A stretch of DNA of 64,000 nt, from the NCBI GenBank assembly GCA_043797125.1, contig JAZDPX010000033.1, forward strand, positions 34,527 to 98,526. Reading direction: 5' to 3'. Shown in pieces: positions 45,890 to 54,492 of the stretch; position 1 is the stretch's first letter; the number at the start of each line of letters is the position of its first letter. The notes beneath the pieces are model-generated. The model worked only from the letters and a program-made list of their open reading frames with translations. It ran no database searches and was not told the DNA's origin. Made by a program: the position numbers and the translations under genes. This DNA is from Candidatus Omnitrophota bacterium. Its GTDB lineage: Bacteria; Omnitrophota; Gorgyraeia; JABMRG01; JAFGKX01.

Positions 45890-46923
45890 TCTAAATCCTC
45901 TAAGCTAAGCACGTAGTCTTCGGGCAAATCCTTAATTGTTTTACGGCCTATTATTTCACCGGCTTTAAAAGGAGGTATTCCGCCGCCCGGGCTTTTAAAG
46001 AGAATGTCGTCAGCTTTGATAACAGAGTTTCTTCCAAGAGAGCGCCTGGTCACTATGCTTTTGGCCATTTTCATCATAGGGTCTTTTTCGGTATCGAAAA
46101 TCCTCTTTACCGGGCTTCCCAGAGAAGCGTTGACCCTTCTTAAATCCCTGATTACTTTTCTCATGCCTGCCGGTTCGAGCGAAAATTTATGGTCGGTTCC
46201 CTTCATTGTGCGGTTGAGGGTAAAATGCTTTTCGATTATTCTGGCGCCCAACAAATAGGCTATTATCGGCGCTAATATGCCGGTATCATGGCCTGAATAT
46301 CCGATAATTGCTTCCGGAAACTCTTTCTTGTATGTTGCTACTACATTTAAGTCTAATTCATCGTACTCGGCAGGATACGCTGTGGTGCACTGCATTACGC
46401 AAACCTGGTCATTGTGCTTTCTGATGGTTTCATATGCCCGCCTTACATCATCCAGGGTGCTTGAACCTGTCGAAAATATTACTGGCTTTTTAGTTTTCGC
46501 TATCTCTTCAATAAGCGGTATGGTCCGTATATCAGCTGACGCTATTTTATGTAAGGGCACGCCCAGGCGTTCCAGAAAATCCAAGCTCTGAAAATCAAAA
46601 GCTGTCGCAAAAAAAATAAGCCCGAGCGCTTCGGCATATTTTTTTAATTCAATATATTCATCCAGCCCGAATTCCAAAAATTCCCTGTGTTCGCCATATG
46701 TTGAGCCGAAACTGTTCTCGTTGTCATATGGCTTTGCATACATGCTTTTGATGTACAGGTTCTTTACGTCTCTTTTCTGCAATTTAACCGCATTGACCCC
46801 GCAGGCGGCAGCCTCTTTCATCAGGCTTTTTGCAACATCAACACTTCCCTGGTGATTGTGGCCTATCTCTGCTATAACAAAGCACTCGGAATTAACATCT
46901 ATTATATAATCTTTGATTTTCAT
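45886..46923 (-). CDS. N-acetylneuraminate synthase family (NeuB-like, second paralog) with SAF domain
   Basis: CFVIAEIGHNHQGSVDVAKSLMKEAAACGVNAVKLQ. A strong AAGGGG RBS lies 6 nt upstream of the ATG. Confidence 0.8.
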   Translation of the reverse strand: MKIKDYIIDVNSECFVIAEIGHNHQGSVDVAKSLMKEAAACGVNAVKLQKRDVKNLYIKSMYAKPYDNENSFGSTYGEHREFLEFGLDEYIELKKYAEALGLIFFATAFDFQSLDFLERLGVPLHKIASADIRTIPLIEEIAKTKKPVIFSTGSSTLDDVRRAYETIRKHNDQVCVMQCTTAYPAEYDELDLNVVATYKKEFPEAIIGYSGHDTGILAPIIAYLLGARIIEKHFTLNRTMKGTDHKFSLEPAGMRKVIRDLRRVNASLGSPVKRIFDTEKDPMMKMAKSIVTRRSLGRNSVIKADDILFKSPGGGIPPFKAGEIIGRKTIKDLPEDYVLSLEDLE

Positions 46924-46972
46924 GTTTACCCCTTTACAATTAAAGTCCTTTTTACCTATTAATTAGATAGTA

Positions 46973-46998
46973 TTATACATATAGAGCTAAATGTCAAT
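46973..46998 (-). promoter_or_regulatory. Candidate sigma70-like promoter (TTGACA-N14-TGTATAAT) in the only >100-bp intergenic gap
   Basis: Minus-strand TTGACA at 46998..46993 and TATAAT at 46978..46973 with an adjacent TG. It lies about 50 nt upstream of the NeuB-like ATG at 46923. The spacer is short at 14 nt. Confidence 0.3.
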
Positions 46999-47017
46999 AG
47001 AAATCTTTGCTTATCAG

Positions 47018-47037
47018 TAGTAGTCATTAGTAGTCAT
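47018..47037. repeat. Perfect 10-bp direct repeat x2 (tagtagtcat) immediately upstream of the candidate -35
   Basis: tagtagtcat tagtagtcat read directly. The 10-bp period is one helical turn. Confidence 0.6.
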
Positions 47038-47087
47038 TGGTGGCTGGCAAAAGATGAAATTTGCTGTTGTTTTGGTAAATTTAAAGG

Positions 47088-47870
47088 TTAATCAGAATTG
47101 CATATCTTTTTCCTTGCCAGGACAAATAAGTCTGATCCAAAACCAGTAAAACCGAATATTCTTGTTAAAAAAAGGTCGAAACTATTGAAACATTTTTGTT
47201 TTCTTAGTTTTAGTTCCTTAAGATTGAATGGGTTGCGAACAAAAGATATTATATAGCACGCTAGCGCAATGGGTTTTATCACGCAGCGGGTAAATGTGCT
47301 TGAAATATTTATGCAAATTTCAAATCCTTCATCTTCTATTAATTCGGCGAATGTCTTTTTTGAAAAAAAGCGTATGTGGCCTAAATTGCTTCCGTAGGTA
47401 ATTTTTGTTCTAACGCCAAAAGGGTATAAAAATCTTGTCCGCAAGTCATACATATTAGGCACAGCCGCGATAAAATACCCTCTGGGCTTTAACACTCTCA
47501 TAATCTCAGATACGGTTTCGCTAGGATCCATAATGTGCTCTAGCGCCTGACAACAAGTCACAACATCAAATTTTGAATCCTCATAAGGCAGGCCTGCGTC
47601 AGCTGCTATCAGCTGCGCCTTAATTCCCTTTGCAATACATCTTTCAATTTTTTCCTTATGAATGTCTACGCCGTATACCTTATTTTCTTTAGAGAGAAAC
47701 GACCCTAAAAGCCCTTCTCCGCATCCGACATCGAGGATATCGAGATTTTTTCCTATCTTACTTATTTTATCCAGGATTATTCTAAAGGAAACTTCGGCGT
47801 AGTATGTATCCATCGTAGCCGGAGGGGCTTCAATGGTTGAGTCGTAATAATGTTTTTTATTCATAATCAA
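47088..47870 (-). CDS. Class I SAM-dependent methyltransferase
   Basis: ILDVGCGEGLLGSFL motif I. The ATG overlaps the upstream stop (47867..47870). Confidence 0.65.
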   Translation of the reverse strand: MIMNKKHYYDSTIEAPPATMDTYYAEVSFRIILDKISKIGKNLDILDVGCGEGLLGSFLSKENKVYGVDIHKEKIERCIAKGIKAQLIAADAGLPYEDSKFDVVTCCQALEHIMDPSETVSEIMRVLKPRGYFIAAVPNMYDLRTRFLYPFGVRTKITYGSNLGHIRFFSKKTFAELIEDEGFEICINISSTFTRCVIKPIALACYIISFVRNPFNLKELKLRKQKCFNSFDLFLTRIFGFTGFGSDLFVLARKKICNSD

Positions 47871-50311
47871 ACATGAAACTGCTTAAGAGCAAATATTATT
47901 GAAATAAAGGCTGCGCAATAACAAAAAAAACCAATCCAGTATGTCACAGATATGCTCAAGCTCAAGGCTATTACAATAGCCAGCACAGAAGCAAAAACAG
48001 AAGTAGCGCCGTTAATTCCCCATAGCCACGGAGTTAATGAGCTGGATTTTTTAGAGGCCATTTTCATGCCAATGGGGAAAGGCATGCCCATAAAAAATCC
48101 CAATAAAAACAGTATCACAGTCACTATGAGTATGCGCACCGGTGTAATTGCCCCTTGGAATTTGTTAATTACATAAGGCGTAAGCAGCCCAAATAAACAA
48201 AGCGCGCCCGCGAGCAGCAGCATTCTTGCAATTATTGATTTTTTTACACTGCTATAACTGCTTTCGGCCTTCCAGCTGGTTGAATAACTTCCAAGGCCGC
48301 TTGATAAAAGCAAGGCAAATAGCACGACTGATAAGCTATAAGTTGGGTGGCCCAGGAAGACAATAAATCTCTGCATTTGAGAAATTTCTATGAGCATAAA
48401 ACCAAAACCTATTGACGCAAAGTATATAAATAAGGGCAAGACCCCGCTTAGAGCCGATTTTTTGGCTGTCAAAATTAACGGCACAATAATGCAAAGCAGC
48501 ACAAGCGCAGTCACTACAATAAGCAGGCTTCCCAGCACAAATACAGCCTTCATATTAAAGCTCTGCGAGCCCTGTTCCCATAACCCTTTTTTGAATATAT
48601 CGCGCAGGCGAAGCATGTGGAAGAAAAAGGGGCTGTTATCCGTCGGAGGAGCGATATTTATAGGAAACTCCGAAAAAAATCTGCCAAGGTCTTTTTGCGA
48701 ACAAATAGTCTTAAAATTTGAATCTATGGCAAATCTCGGGCTAAGGACCAGTTCAAACCCCATGTCTTTAATGACGTTTTCAATCAAATCTACATCCTTC
48801 TCTGAAAAAGGCTGCCTGCTTACAAGCATTGTTCCTACACCATCAGGCGCATCTGCCTTATCACCCAACATAATCCTTGCTATAATTATATGTTTCTGTA
48901 CATCTTCCACGCCAAGGCCTCTTAAGGCGGCAACGGCTAGTGAGGTTAACCTGTAAACCTCTCCCGGGTTTTCTCTAAAATACCATCTGGAAAATGTCAG
49001 TATCCCTCTGTCCGTAAGGTGTTTTAGGAAAATCTTCCATGCCTCAACCGTGTAGAGGGAATTTTCGCTTAAAATAAAAGCGCCTGCCGTGGTAGCTGCC
49101 CATGTATCAATAAGGGAGACCTGTATAATATCAAACCTGTCATTTGACCTGCTGATATAGCTTCTTGCTTCATCAGCGACAAAAGACACATTTGGGATTT
49201 TATCCAGATGCCCTGTAAAATCTGCGAATCTTTCATTAACTGCATTGACTATATCATAATTAATCTCCACGCCTACCACGGATTCCTGTTCAAACACCAG
49301 GGCAGACAATATATCTCTTCCCCCGCCGGAACCTATAACCAGGACTTTCGCCTTGTCTCTGGCATAATGCGCCAGATTAACAATATCATGCTTAAGGTAT
49401 TCCAGCTTGGAAAGATCCTTGTCAAAATATGTAAGCATGGTCGCGGCAGTAGTATCTATATGAAGTTCTAATTGCCTTATTTTTGTATCTTGCGTATATT
49501 TCGGGCTGGGGCCTGTTATCAGGGCTTTTGTTAGCTCCTTGGGCTTACCTCCGACGGTTATTCGCGAAAAAGAATTCCATTTCTCGTATATAGGCGTACG
49601 CTCTGGCGCGCCTTTAACCCATTGCAAGCGCAGTAAAGGCCTCTGTTTGTTCACGAGGCCTGTATTAATTACTATAAAAGAAGCTATCAACAAGGCCATG
49701 CCGACAGTTATCCGGATCATCCTTTTTGTGCCTGCCTCAGCAGCAAAAAAAGCCGCTCCTATAACAGCAAAAAAAGCTGTTACAAATACTGCCGTGGGGC
49801 CGTCTGTGTACCTTAAAGCGTATATCAGCAATACGCAGCCGCAAGCTGCCCCGGCGAGGTCAGCGGCATATAGCCTGCTTACCTGCTTTGGGAATTTGGT
49901 TAAAGCCAGGCAAATGCATATCCCGCTGAATACAAAAGGAACCGCAATTACAACATACGTCAAGCCAATGGTGTACAAGCTGACAATGGATATGGCCCTG
50001 GACAGATTACCAGGAAACGGAATACTTAAATGCGTCATAAAGCTGAAAATAATGCAGATTGCGAAAAGCAAGGAAGCTGCGCAAAGATGTTGCTTTACCT
50101 TTTCCGGCGAAAAGTATCCGGAATTCAAATACACTAAAATAGCGCCCGCCGTCATACCGAACATTGCAACAGATATGGCTACAAATGCAAAATGATACCA
50201 CATTGTTACGCTGAAAATCCGGGTAAGAAGAATTTCGTACATCAAAGTAGCCAGCGCCACCATAAACAGGCCTATATAAGATTTACCTTTAACCGCTAGA
50301 TCAACAGCCAT
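47867..50311 (-). CDS. Polytopic membrane protein with embedded spermidine-synthase-like (aminopropyltransferase fold) domain
   Basis: About 8 N-terminal and about 6 C-terminal TM helices flank VLVIGSGGGRDILSAL...VGVEINYDIV...FDIIQVSLID, which matches spermidine synthase motifs; 814 aa. Confidence 0.6.
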   Translation of the reverse strand: MAVDLAVKGKSYIGLFMVALATLMYEILLTRIFSVTMWYHFAFVAISVAMFGMTAGAILVYLNSGYFSPEKVKQHLCAASLLFAICIIFSFMTHLSIPFPGNLSRAISIVSLYTIGLTYVVIAVPFVFSGICICLALTKFPKQVSRLYAADLAGAACGCVLLIYALRYTDGPTAVFVTAFFAVIGAAFFAAEAGTKRMIRITVGMALLIASFIVINTGLVNKQRPLLRLQWVKGAPERTPIYEKWNSFSRITVGGKPKELTKALITGPSPKYTQDTKIRQLELHIDTTAATMLTYFDKDLSKLEYLKHDIVNLAHYARDKAKVLVIGSGGGRDILSALVFEQESVVGVEINYDIVNAVNERFADFTGHLDKIPNVSFVADEARSYISRSNDRFDIIQVSLIDTWAATTAGAFILSENSLYTVEAWKIFLKHLTDRGILTFSRWYFRENPGEVYRLTSLAVAALRGLGVEDVQKHIIIARIMLGDKADAPDGVGTMLVSRQPFSEKDVDLIENVIKDMGFELVLSPRFAIDSNFKTICSQKDLGRFFSEFPINIAPPTDNSPFFFHMLRLRDIFKKGLWEQGSQSFNMKAVFVLGSLLIVVTALVLLCIIVPLILTAKKSALSGVLPLFIYFASIGFGFMLIEISQMQRFIVFLGHPTYSLSVVLFALLLSSGLGSYSTSWKAESSYSSVKKSIIARMLLLAGALCLFGLLTPYVINKFQGAITPVRILIVTVILFLLGFFMGMPFPIGMKMASKKSSSLTPWLWGINGATSVFASVLAIVIALSLSISVTYWIGFFCYCAAFISIIFALKQFHV

Positions 50312-50329
50312 ATGCTTTGCCCCTTCGCT

Positions 50330-51376
50330 TTAGTTGAAGGAATCGTTAAAATTTAATCTATTTATCTGTTCTGCCAAATAATCATTGAGTATCAGCATCC
50401 CCTTTTTGTTTAAATGCGCCGTTTGGCCGTAAAACTCGTCGCTATTAAGCTTGCCTTGGGGGTGCAGAATAATCATATTAGAATATTTTTCTTTGCATGA
50501 ATTTATATAATGTTTATACTCTTTCAGAAAAGCAAAATATTTATCCTTATCGCCCTGGCCGGGAGGGGAAGTCGGTATTAAATAAATAACCTTCATGTTG
50601 TTTTTTAGGGCGGTATCTAAAATGCTTTCTAAATTCTGCTTAAAAAAGGGGCTTATCGGCCGCAAGGGTTCTTCTATAACGCCACCACCTTTATAAATAC
50701 CCTCTTCTACGGTTGCATCGTACCCCTTATCCTTGTAAACGGATGCGATTACATTATTGAGCCTCTGCCTGCTTGGAATATTTTTTATTATGGCAATCGG
50801 CTCGGCAAAAAAGCGCTTAAGTATACCCTGGTGTTTTAACGACGGCACAAACATCTTCAAGACAGAAGCAACCCCGAACATCTTAGCAAAGGAGGTTACG
50901 TTTCCCTGCTTGAATTCGTAAAGATAAAAAATTTTGGTAGTCGCGATATCCTTCTTGGTCCAGCTTAGGCCTATCTGCGGTATATAACCGATTATAAGCA
51001 GTTTTGGCTTTTTTTTGCATGCTTTCATATAATTGTTAAAAAGACAATAAGCCGCAAAGCTGGTCTGCCACGCGTATGTTGAAAAATTCCAGCAGGATTT
51101 TTGAGTTTTTTCATAAATAAGATTAGGATTTACCCCCGTGCTGTTGTAACAATCGCCTAATACGATAATATCAAAATCGTTTCTTCTATTTTGCGAAAAT
51201 TTATTCTTAATATTCATTCTTAAGCCTTCCATAGCGTGCGAGGAAGCGTAAAAATAATCGTCAAAAATAATATTAAAGCCCTCAAAGGCAAACGCCAGCA
51301 AAATGAAAATCAGAAAGCCTTTGGGTAATTTTTTAAAATTGGAAATAAATAAATTCTTTTCCACCTTCAACTCCAA
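50330..51376 (-). CDS. Putative extracytoplasmic partner of MBOAT (DltD/AlgJ/AlgX-like, SGNH-like)
   Basis: N-terminal TM anchor plus a soluble domain of about 300 aa. It is encoded immediately downstream of, and overlapping, the MBOAT gene, as for algI-algJ and dltB-dltD. Confidence 0.35.
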   Translation of the reverse strand: MELKVEKNLFISNFKKLPKGFLIFILLAFAFEGFNIIFDDYFYASSHAMEGLRMNIKNKFSQNRRNDFDIIVLGDCYNSTGVNPNLIYEKTQKSCWNFSTYAWQTSFAAYCLFNNYMKACKKKPKLLIIGYIPQIGLSWTKKDIATTKIFYLYEFKQGNVTSFAKMFGVASVLKMFVPSLKHQGILKRFFAEPIAIIKNIPSRQRLNNVIASVYKDKGYDATVEEGIYKGGGVIEEPLRPISPFFKQNLESILDTALKNNMKVIYLIPTSPPGQGDKDKYFAFLKEYKHYINSCKEKYSNMIILHPQGKLNSDEFYGQTAHLNKKGMLILNDYLAEQINRLNFNDSFN

Positions 51377-52763
51377 ACATTAATAATAAATAAAAGATAA
51401 CAAAATAGAATACGCCCTTAAACAGGCTGTTGTCCTTTAGGACAACCAACAGGTCATTTTTATAATATTGCCGCAGCTGGACTATTAATAAAATACAAAT
51501 AAAGAACATGATCCTTGAGGCGTTATTTTTTAAATCCGCATCAAGTGAAAAATCAAATTGATAAAACAGGCTGCGCCCCATCTGAAACAGCTGCGGTATA
51601 GAGCGAACCCTAAAAATCAGCCACCCCAGGCATGTTATATGAAAAAACAAAATAACTCTTACCCAAAACCATATTTTCGCTAAAAGAGAATTCCTGATAT
51701 CTTTAATTGCGCTTAAAAACGGCTTAAGCAGTTTATATATAATCAGTAGCAACCCTTGATACGCTCCCCACAACACAAAGAGCCATGTAGCCCCGTGCCA
51801 TAAGCCGCCTAAAAGCATGGTTATGCCTAAATTTCTATATGTATTAAAGTTCCCATTTTTATTTCCGCCAAGCGGGATATATAAATAATCACGCAGCCAG
51901 CTCGATAAACTAATATGCCATCGTTTCCAAAAATCACTTGGATTAGTTGCAAAATACGGTAAATTAAAATTTACCATTATATCAAACCCCATGCACTTGC
52001 CTAGCCCTCTGGCTATGTTTGAATAGCCGGCAAAATCCCCGTATATCTGAAAAGCAAAAGCATACAACGCTATCAAGACTCCTATGCTACTGTACGGCCC
52101 GCCTGAAGCAAATAGAGGGTCCGCGATTTTAGCTAAATTATCCGCAACGAACACCTTCAGAAACAGGCCCCAAAAAATCAAATAGCAACCTTCGTAGAAT
52201 TTTTCCAATGTGAGTTGCCTGGGTTTTAAAACTTGCGGCAAAAGATGATTTGCCCTTTCAATCGGCCCGGCTACAAGCTGGGGAAAGTACGTGACAAATA
52301 AAGCATAATCCAGAAAGTTTTTAGCCGGGGTGAGCTGTTTTCTGTATACGTCAAAAGCGTAGCTCATTGCCTGAAAGGTATAAAATGATATCCCTACCGG
52401 CAGGATAATGTGCAGGAAATTTGCTTTTATTGAAAATCCAAAAACATGAAGCAGGCTCTGAAGGCTTTCTGTAAAGAAATTAAAATATTTAAAAAAACCA
52501 AGTATGCCCAGATTTACGATAAAATTCAGCACTAATATTTTTTTTCGCGCTCTTGCGTCCGATGATTCATAAATATATCTGGCGCAGAAAAAATCCGTAG
52601 TAATGGAAACAAACATTAAAAGCAAAAACCGCCAGTCCCACGCGCCGTAGAATATGCAGCTTCCAACAAGAAGCATGCGGTTCTGCCACTTATGATCAAG
52701 GACGAGGTAAAGCGTATAAACGATTACAAAAAATATCGCAAATTCTAAGGTATTGAAAAGCAT
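51333..52763 (-). CDS. MBOAT-family membrane O-acyltransferase (AlgI/DltB/PatA-like)
   Basis: N-terminus MLFNTLEFAIFF and the conserved WHISLSSWLRDYLYIPLGG histidine motif; 476 aa. Confidence 0.8.
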   Translation of the reverse strand: MLFNTLEFAIFFVIVYTLYLVLDHKWQNRMLLVGSCIFYGAWDWRFLLLMFVSITTDFFCARYIYESSDARARKKILVLNFIVNLGILGFFKYFNFFTESLQSLLHVFGFSIKANFLHIILPVGISFYTFQAMSYAFDVYRKQLTPAKNFLDYALFVTYFPQLVAGPIERANHLLPQVLKPRQLTLEKFYEGCYLIFWGLFLKVFVADNLAKIADPLFASGGPYSSIGVLIALYAFAFQIYGDFAGYSNIARGLGKCMGFDIMVNFNLPYFATNPSDFWKRWHISLSSWLRDYLYIPLGGNKNGNFNTYRNLGITMLLGGLWHGATWLFVLWGAYQGLLLIIYKLLKPFLSAIKDIRNSLLAKIWFWVRVILFFHITCLGWLIFRVRSIPQLFQMGRSLFYQFDFSLDADLKNNASRIMFFICILLIVQLRQYYKNDLLVVLKDNSLFKGVFYFVIFYLLLMFGVEGGKEFIYFQF

Positions 52764-52802
52764 AACAGCCCCTTAGCTATAGCTCTTTATCAGCAGCTCT
52801 AA

Positions 52803-54485
52803 TTAAATTCTTCTCCGGGATAGCTTTTGGTTTCCTAAAATCATATATATATATATTGAATAACCGGCTCTGGCAACAGGCGTAACATTGGCAGCCCATT
52901 GCACAGTATCTATATATCTTGTGCTTATAGCGTATACGGTTTTCTCCGGGCGCGCTAATTCACCTTCGCTGGTATCTTCATAATTTATGCCATAAGAATG
53001 CGGATCTGCAACGCCAAAATAATATAGCTTTATGTTTTCTATATTATTTTCTTTAAGATACTTCGCAAGCGCAGGCAGGTCCTGCCCCCAATCTATGTTC
53101 GAATCTCCAAGAAATTTATACCCGTTTTTAGGGCCGCCTATAAATTCGTTGAAATAGCTTAAATAATTCGGCCAGATACAAAGACAGGAAAAAACGTGCC
53201 ACGCCATCAAAAAAATTACCGGTATTTTCGTAATTTTATTAAACAGCGGCTTCACGTTCTTTGCGCATATTACAAAAAATAACGGGTACAGCGGCAAGAT
53301 ATACCTGATGCCAAGCTGCAGCCTGCTGAATGACGCTGCCAAAAAAAAGATTATGATTATTATGAAAAGAAACCTCTCTTTTCTTGTGATGCCCTGCCTT
53401 ATTGCCGTAAAGGCTCCGGCGCAGAAAAAAATAATTACAGGAATCGTGGTTTTTATTAAAAACGCGACTATAAAATAAAAAATATTGCCGTGGGTTAACT
53501 CCTGCCCCAAAAAGTATGTACCATGCCCTTGATATACATGCCCGAACACGCCCAAAACGCCAAGCAGGTGCGCCCCTGACGGGAAGGGCATATTAAGCAG
53601 AAAATTATCCAACCAGCTATTGGGCCTCTGTGCCAGGAAAGGAAAAATTTTTCCAACTACACTATGGGCTACGCTTATCTTCTCTTCTAGCCTCATAGCA
53701 TCCTTTAGTATCGGGCTGCAATCAAAAGCATAACCGGCCCAGAGAACTACTACGGATACGGTAAACATGATAAGCAGTTTAGATATGGCGCGTTTTATAT
53801 TTGCCTTTTCAATAACCGGCGGTTCAAGAACAAAAATCAGCACAAAGACCGGATATAACAGAATTGCCGTGTACTTGGAAAGCTGCGCTAATCCTAAGCT
53901 AATACCTGCAAAGATGATATTTTTAAAACTCATGTTTTTTAGAAAAAACCAGAACGTGCAAACTGATAAAAGCATAAAACATGTTGCCGTCATATCGGTC
54001 GTTGCCAAGCTTGTATGGGCTAATATGTTTGGCGAAAAAGCATATAGGAATAAGCCAAATAAGGCAGCCTTCTCATCGTAAAGGGCCTTTATCCATATAA
54101 ATAACATTAAACCGCATAACAGGCCTACGGCAATAATTGCCAGCCTGCTTAAAAATATCATCATGTGCGGCTGGTTATTATATTTATAAAAAAAGTCCCT
54201 GCCGAATTGCGCCCTGTCAGGCCTTCTCCATTGTGCCTTATCATCCGGCATGTTAAGCTTCATGAACAACTTAAGCGGAAGCGCCACTAAATATCTTGAT
54301 AACGGCGGATGGGATGTATCCATCTTAAAATCCCGTTTAGATAAAAGGACATATCCTACTGGGACATGATGCGCGATCTCATCGCACGTCGGCGACTCCC
54401 TGTCAGGCCAGATGCTGGTTATTGCCAAGCCGGCAAACACAACAAGCAAAAGAAAAGCAATTCCATAAGTGACAGCCTTATTCAT
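52803..54485 (-). CDS. GT-C fold membrane glycosyltransferase (GT39/GT83, ArnT/PMT-like)
   Basis: First extracytoplasmic loop has CDEIAHH (DE motif). Polytopic. The ORF-track start is 54539. The start is refined to M19 (ATG 54485). Confidence 0.55.
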   Translation of the reverse strand: MNKAVTYGIAFLLLVVFAGLAITSIWPDRESPTCDEIAHHVPVGYVLLSKRDFKMDTSHPPLSRYLVALPLKLFMKLNMPDDKAQWRRPDRAQFGRDFFYKYNNQPHMMIFLSRLAIIAVGLLCGLMLFIWIKALYDEKAALFGLFLYAFSPNILAHTSLATTDMTATCFMLLSVCTFWFFLKNMSFKNIIFAGISLGLAQLSKYTAILLYPVFVLIFVLEPPVIEKANIKRAISKLLIMFTVSVVVLWAGYAFDCSPILKDAMRLEEKISVAHSVVGKIFPFLAQRPNSWLDNFLLNMPFPSGAHLLGVLGVFGHVYQGHGTYFLGQELTHGNIFYFIVAFLIKTTIPVIIFFCAGAFTAIRQGITRKERFLFIIIIIFFLAASFSRLQLGIRYILPLYPLFFVICAKNVKPLFNKITKIPVIFLMAWHVFSCLCIWPNYLSYFNEFIGGPKNGYKFLGDSNIDWGQDLPALAKYLKENNIENIKLYYFGVADPHSYGINYEDTSEGELARPEKTVYAISTRYIDTVQWAANVTPVARAGYSIYIYMILGNQKLSRRRI

Positions 54486-54492
54486 GAAATAT

